DNA of 64,000 nt from an uncultured Phycisphaerales bacterium. GTDB taxonomy: Bacteria > Planctomycetota > Phycisphaerae > Sedimentisphaerales > Anaerobacaceae. Position 1 is the first letter of the stretch; the number at the start of each line of letters is the position of its first letter. A program made the translations under genes and the position numbers. The stretch covers positions 1,632,001 to 1,696,000 of the forward strand of contig OY970359.1 of assembly GCA_963718665.1 (NCBI GenBank). Direction: 5' to 3'. Positions 60,718 to 64,000 of the stretch are shown here, in pieces. The notes under the pieces were generated by a model. The model was not told where the DNA came from. It did not search any database and was given only the letters and a program-made list of their open reading frames with translations.

Positions 60718-61353
60718 ATGAAATGGGCAGACCTATTATCGATGGTAGGCGATGAACCGGTTTTCCGCACTGGCTTTTTAGCGCCACGGAAGGAAACCCT
60801 GGCGGAGGTGCGTATGCAATTAAGCCGCTGGGTTAAAACCGGCAGGTTAATCAAGCTTAAAAAGGGATTATATACCTTGGCTCAGCCGTACAGGAAAGTA
60901 ACGCCTCACCCTTTTCTCATCGCAAACACGATGAAGAAAGCTTCTTACGTTAGTATGCAGTCCGCGTTGGGACACTACGGGATGATTCCTGAGTATGTTC
61001 CTGCCATTACCAGTATCACAACGCAAAGGCCTGAACAGATAGAAACGCCCTTAGGCCACTTCGCATTTCGACATATCAAGAAAAACTGGTTTCATGGTTA
61101 TAGACAAATTGACCTCGGTTCAGGTCAACGGGTATTTATCGCCACTCCCGAAAAGGCTCTGCTGGATCTGGTCTATTTGACATCGCATGCCGATAACTAT
61201 GACTTTTTGAGCGAACTTAGACTCCAAAATTTGGAACAGCTGAACATTGATGTGGTTCGGGAATTAGCAGATAAAAGCAAAAGTATGAAGCTACGTCGAA
61301 CTGCCAAGCTTATTGCAAAACTATCTAAGCAGGAAACAGGGAAAGAACTATGA
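60718..61353 (+). CDS. AbiEi-like type IV antitoxin
   Basis: LSRW...G.LIKLKKGLY wHTH, SYVS..SAL..YGMIPE, ATPEKALLD. Confidence 0.82.
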   Translation: MKWADLLSMVGDEPVFRTGFLAPRKETLAEVRMQLSRWVKTGRLIKLKKGLYTLAQPYRKVTPHPFLIANTMKKASYVSMQSALGHYGMIPEYVPAITSITTQRPEQIETPLGHFAFRHIKKNWFHGYRQIDLGSGQRVFIATPEKALLDLVYLTSHADNYDFLSELRLQNLEQLNIDVVRELADKSKSMKLRRTAKLIAKLSKQETGKEL

Positions 61354-62156
61354 AGGATTTTCTCAGACAGATTCTTGGCGGCGTAGAAAATCAGATTTTG
61401 GGCCGTTGCATCATCAGGGAATATTTGCAGGCACGGCTGCTGCAATCGTTGCAGGACCGCGGGACGTTTAATACATGGGTATTCCAGAGCGGAACCGCGT
61501 TGCGGTTTCTTTACGGCATGCCGCGTTTTTCCGAGGATTTGGATTTCGCCCTTATCGAGCCGGGAATGGAAGATAATTTCCGTGAAGTTCTTGTAAACGG
61601 CCAAAAGGTTTTCATCGCCGAAGGTTATGATATCGACGTTAAGGTTAACGATACCAAAACAGTCAAATCCGCCTTTTTGCGTTTCAAAGGGTTGCTATTC
61701 GAATTGGGTTTTTCCGCCCACAAATCTGAGACGCTTTCCATCAAAGTAGAGGTGGATACGAACCCGCCTTTAGGAGCAGGCATCAGTTCGACCGTAGTCA
61801 GACGGCACGTTACTTTGAATCTAAGGCACCACGACAAAGCATCTCTGCTTGCCGGTAAGCTGCATGCCGTTTTGGCGCGTCGATACGTTAAGGGCCGCGA
61901 TATCTACGACCTTGTCTGGTATCTCTCGGACAGGACCTGGCCTGAACCGAATATTGAATTCTTGAACAACGCCCTGAGACAGACCGGTTGGGACGGTCAC
62001 GAAGTAACCCCAACAAATTGGCGAGAATTGGTTCGCCGACGTATTGAGGAATTTCATTGGAAGCAGGTCGTTGAAGATGTCAGACCTTTCCTCGAGAGAA
62101 CGGAAGATGTTGCATTGTTGACAAAAGAAAACCTCTTAGGCCTGTTGCAGGCGTAA
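61350..62156 (+). CDS. AbiEii-like nucleotidyltransferase toxin
   Basis: F.SGTALR..Y...RFSEDLDF, IKVEVD, K..A..R..KGRD.YDL. Confidence 0.85.
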   Translation: MKDFLRQILGGVENQILGRCIIREYLQARLLQSLQDRGTFNTWVFQSGTALRFLYGMPRFSEDLDFALIEPGMEDNFREVLVNGQKVFIAEGYDIDVKVNDTKTVKSAFLRFKGLLFELGFSAHKSETLSIKVEVDTNPPLGAGISSTVVRRHVTLNLRHHDKASLLAGKLHAVLARRYVKGRDIYDLVWYLSDRTWPEPNIEFLNNALRQTGWDGHEVTPTNWRELVRRRIEEFHWKQVVEDVRPFLERTEDVALLTKENLLGLLQA

Positions 62157-62304
62157 ATACCGGTGTCAAAAAATTGTCAGTCGCCAGCAGTAAGCCACCC
62201 CAGAAGCGACTTGTCAGTGACTTGCTAACTACTTGTAATCCTCGATTTCAGCTTAAAATCGAGCCATAAGGTATTATTGGGAATGCACTTACAACCGGAC
62301 TCCG

Positions 62305-62345
62305 GGATTATGAGTCCACTGCTCTACCGCTGAGCTACGAGCCCG
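62305..62345 (-). repeat. att direct repeat: 5' half of the tRNA(CAT)
   Basis: Identical to 50019-50059; the 3' tRNA half is absent. Confidence 0.92.
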
Positions 62346-62582
62346 CAACGGCATAAGGATAACCGCTTTAACCGCGGGATGTTAATACCCACATTGACGA
62401 TTTGCGTAAATCGGGCGGTTCCAATAAATATTATCTTCAAGAAGAATTATTCGCAAAGTCGAAGAAATATGGTATATTACTGTTCCTGTTTTGGTATATG
62501 GACACGTCGATTGCTTTGCGTATATGTTTCGCCGAGTTGTCAGCGTAGGGAATGCGATAATCTTTTGGAATGGAGTTGGTTT

Positions 62583-63518
62583 ATGAAAAAACGGCCGGCG
62601 ATAACATCTCGAGACCTCGGCTTGGAATTCGCGGCAATCTGCGGCAAACATTTCCTCGGGCTTGAGCACCTGCACTATGGCTACTGGCCTGAAGGGCTCC
62701 CCGTAAACATAAACAACCTGCGCACTGCGCAGGAAAATTATACCAGCTTTCTGTTGTCGCAAATTCCTGCCGGCGTCCGCACCATTCTCGACGTCGGCTG
62801 CGGCTCAGGACATACCTCGAAACGGCTCGCTGATATGGGCTACAAAGTTGCCTGCGTTTCGCCGAGTCCCGTGTTAAGCGCAAAGGTGCGGGAGTTGATG
62901 GGTGATGCCTGCAAAATATATGAGTGCAAGTTCGAAGATTTGCAGACCGAAGACAAGTACGACATGGTGCTGTTCAGCGAGAGTTTTCAGTATATCAAGG
63001 TGCGCAAGTCGCTGGACAAGACGCTTGGAATTCTCAATCCGGGCGGCTATCTGCTTGTTTGCGACGTTTTCCGCAAGGACGTCGAGCTTGAATCGGACAA
63101 AAAAGGCGTCGGCGGGGGACATCTTTTGAGCAGATTTTACAGCCAGGCAGCGACCAGCTCATTCGAGCAGGTTAAGGATATCGATATAACCGACCGGGCG
63201 ATGCCCAATATGGACCTGATGGATGACACGATGAAAAACGTTGTCCGTCCCATTGTTGACTCAACGATTAACTTCCTCGGCGGCAGGTATCCGCTTATGA
63301 GCAGGGCTATTCAATGGCTGTACAGAAAGCGAATCGGGAACGTTTATCAGAAATATTTCAACGGCAACAGGGCCAGCGCCAACTTTGTAAAATTCAAATC
63401 CTATCGGCTTTTGCTTTATAGATATACCTGCAAAGTCCCCGCGGCAAATCCCGTCGTAAGCAGTACGGACCCGGACAATAAGACGACCTGCCCGGTTACT
63501 TTGCCTGCGGGTATCTAA
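62583..63518 (+). CDS. Class I SAM-dependent methyltransferase
   Basis: HLHYGYW, ILDVGCGSG, YDMVLFSESFQY, LNPGGYLLVCD. Confidence 0.85.
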   Translation: MKKRPAITSRDLGLEFAAICGKHFLGLEHLHYGYWPEGLPVNINNLRTAQENYTSFLLSQIPAGVRTILDVGCGSGHTSKRLADMGYKVACVSPSPVLSAKVRELMGDACKIYECKFEDLQTEDKYDMVLFSESFQYIKVRKSLDKTLGILNPGGYLLVCDVFRKDVELESDKKGVGGGHLLSRFYSQAATSSFEQVKDIDITDRAMPNMDLMDDTMKNVVRPIVDSTINFLGGRYPLMSRAIQWLYRKRIGNVYQKYFNGNRASANFVKFKSYRLLLYRYTCKVPAANPVVSSTDPDNKTTCPVTLPAGI

Positions 63519-63732
63519 ATCGCAACCGGTGTCCGGCATAATTAAAAATACCCTGCATTGGGTGTTTTTTCTCTGTTATTGCTATTTACCGTATTTTATC
63601 CGCCAATAGAAAATTTGCGATTATTAATGGTTGACTTTCCAGATTGTAAATTATAAAGTATCGTCCTACGGGGGTTTTGCCGCTTTTGCGTATGATAAGT
63701 TGACAATTTGTAAACCGAAAGTAAGTTCTGGC

Positions 63733-64000
63733 ATGGCCGGAGAAAACTATATTGGTAATCTTTACTGGCAGGGCACGAAAATCGCAAAGAGACCATACAT
63801 TCAGGGGCCGTATTCAAAAGGGGAAATTGCTCTTTTGAAAAAGCAGTATCCGGCCACAAGCGCAGTTACGCTGGCAGGCAAATTGAAACGTTCGCTTATA
63901 TCTGTTCAGAAGCAGCTCCGCGAGATGGGCATCGGCAGACGCGATGTATCCGACTGGACACCCGCTCAACTGCGGTATCTGCGAAAAAACTATCACGAAA
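63733..64000 (+). CDS. Myb/SANT-like repeat protein (3' end outside window)
   Basis: Not in the ORF track; reads GPYSKGEIALLKKQYP..LAGKLKRSLISV..WTPAQLRYLRKNY. Confidence 0.6.
   Translation, partial: MAGENYIGNLYWQGTKIAKRPYIQGPYSKGEIALLKKQYPATSAVTLAGKLKRSLISVQKQLREMGIGRRDVSDWTPAQLRYLRKNYHE

Larger units (their letters stand above)
50019..62345. mobile_element. tRNA-integrated genomic island (~12.3 kb), decayed
   Basis: 41-bp direct repeats 50019-50059 and 62305-62345; integrase stub; accessory cargo. Confidence 0.88.

Noticed and set aside
1..64000. CRISPR array
   Set aside because: No identical 25-45 bp repeats with regular unique spacers and no cas genes seen

Overview
Bacterial chromosomal window. 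The gene content (PEP-CTERM proteins, dockerin-like domains, GH44/GH16) is typical of Planctomycetota, probably Phycisphaerae; this lineage call is inference. 1-27 kb: housekeeping and envelope genes (HAD hydrolase, thrC, GH44, an ArnT x2 / GT2 / YdjC-deacetylase / phosphatase x3 lipid-modification cluster, menA, miaA, ispA, dxs, nadK, DinG helicase, LPS kinase). It also holds a minor-pilin trio inserted between ispA and dxs and a candidate structured sRNA. 28.1-37.8 kb: a compact 12-gene phage-like virion operon (portal, scaffold, major capsid, adaptor-like, tailspike-like, lysis-like genes). It has no recognisable terminase, integrase, repressor or replication gene, and host-type repeats fill its spacers. 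This is the best candidate for an undescribed domesticated GTA-like system. 38-49.5 kb: small cassettes bracketed by duplicated gene ends, plus a GC-skew flip with a dif-like site. 50.0-62.3 kb: a decayed island integrated in a tRNA(CAT) gene with the 5' half of the tRNA duplicated. It carries an integrase stub, four ~190-bp repeats, an ApbE/FMN-linked membrane AmmeMemoRadiSam module, a hemerythrin and an AbiE toxin-antitoxin pair. All calls come from reading the sequence and motifs by eye; no searches were run.
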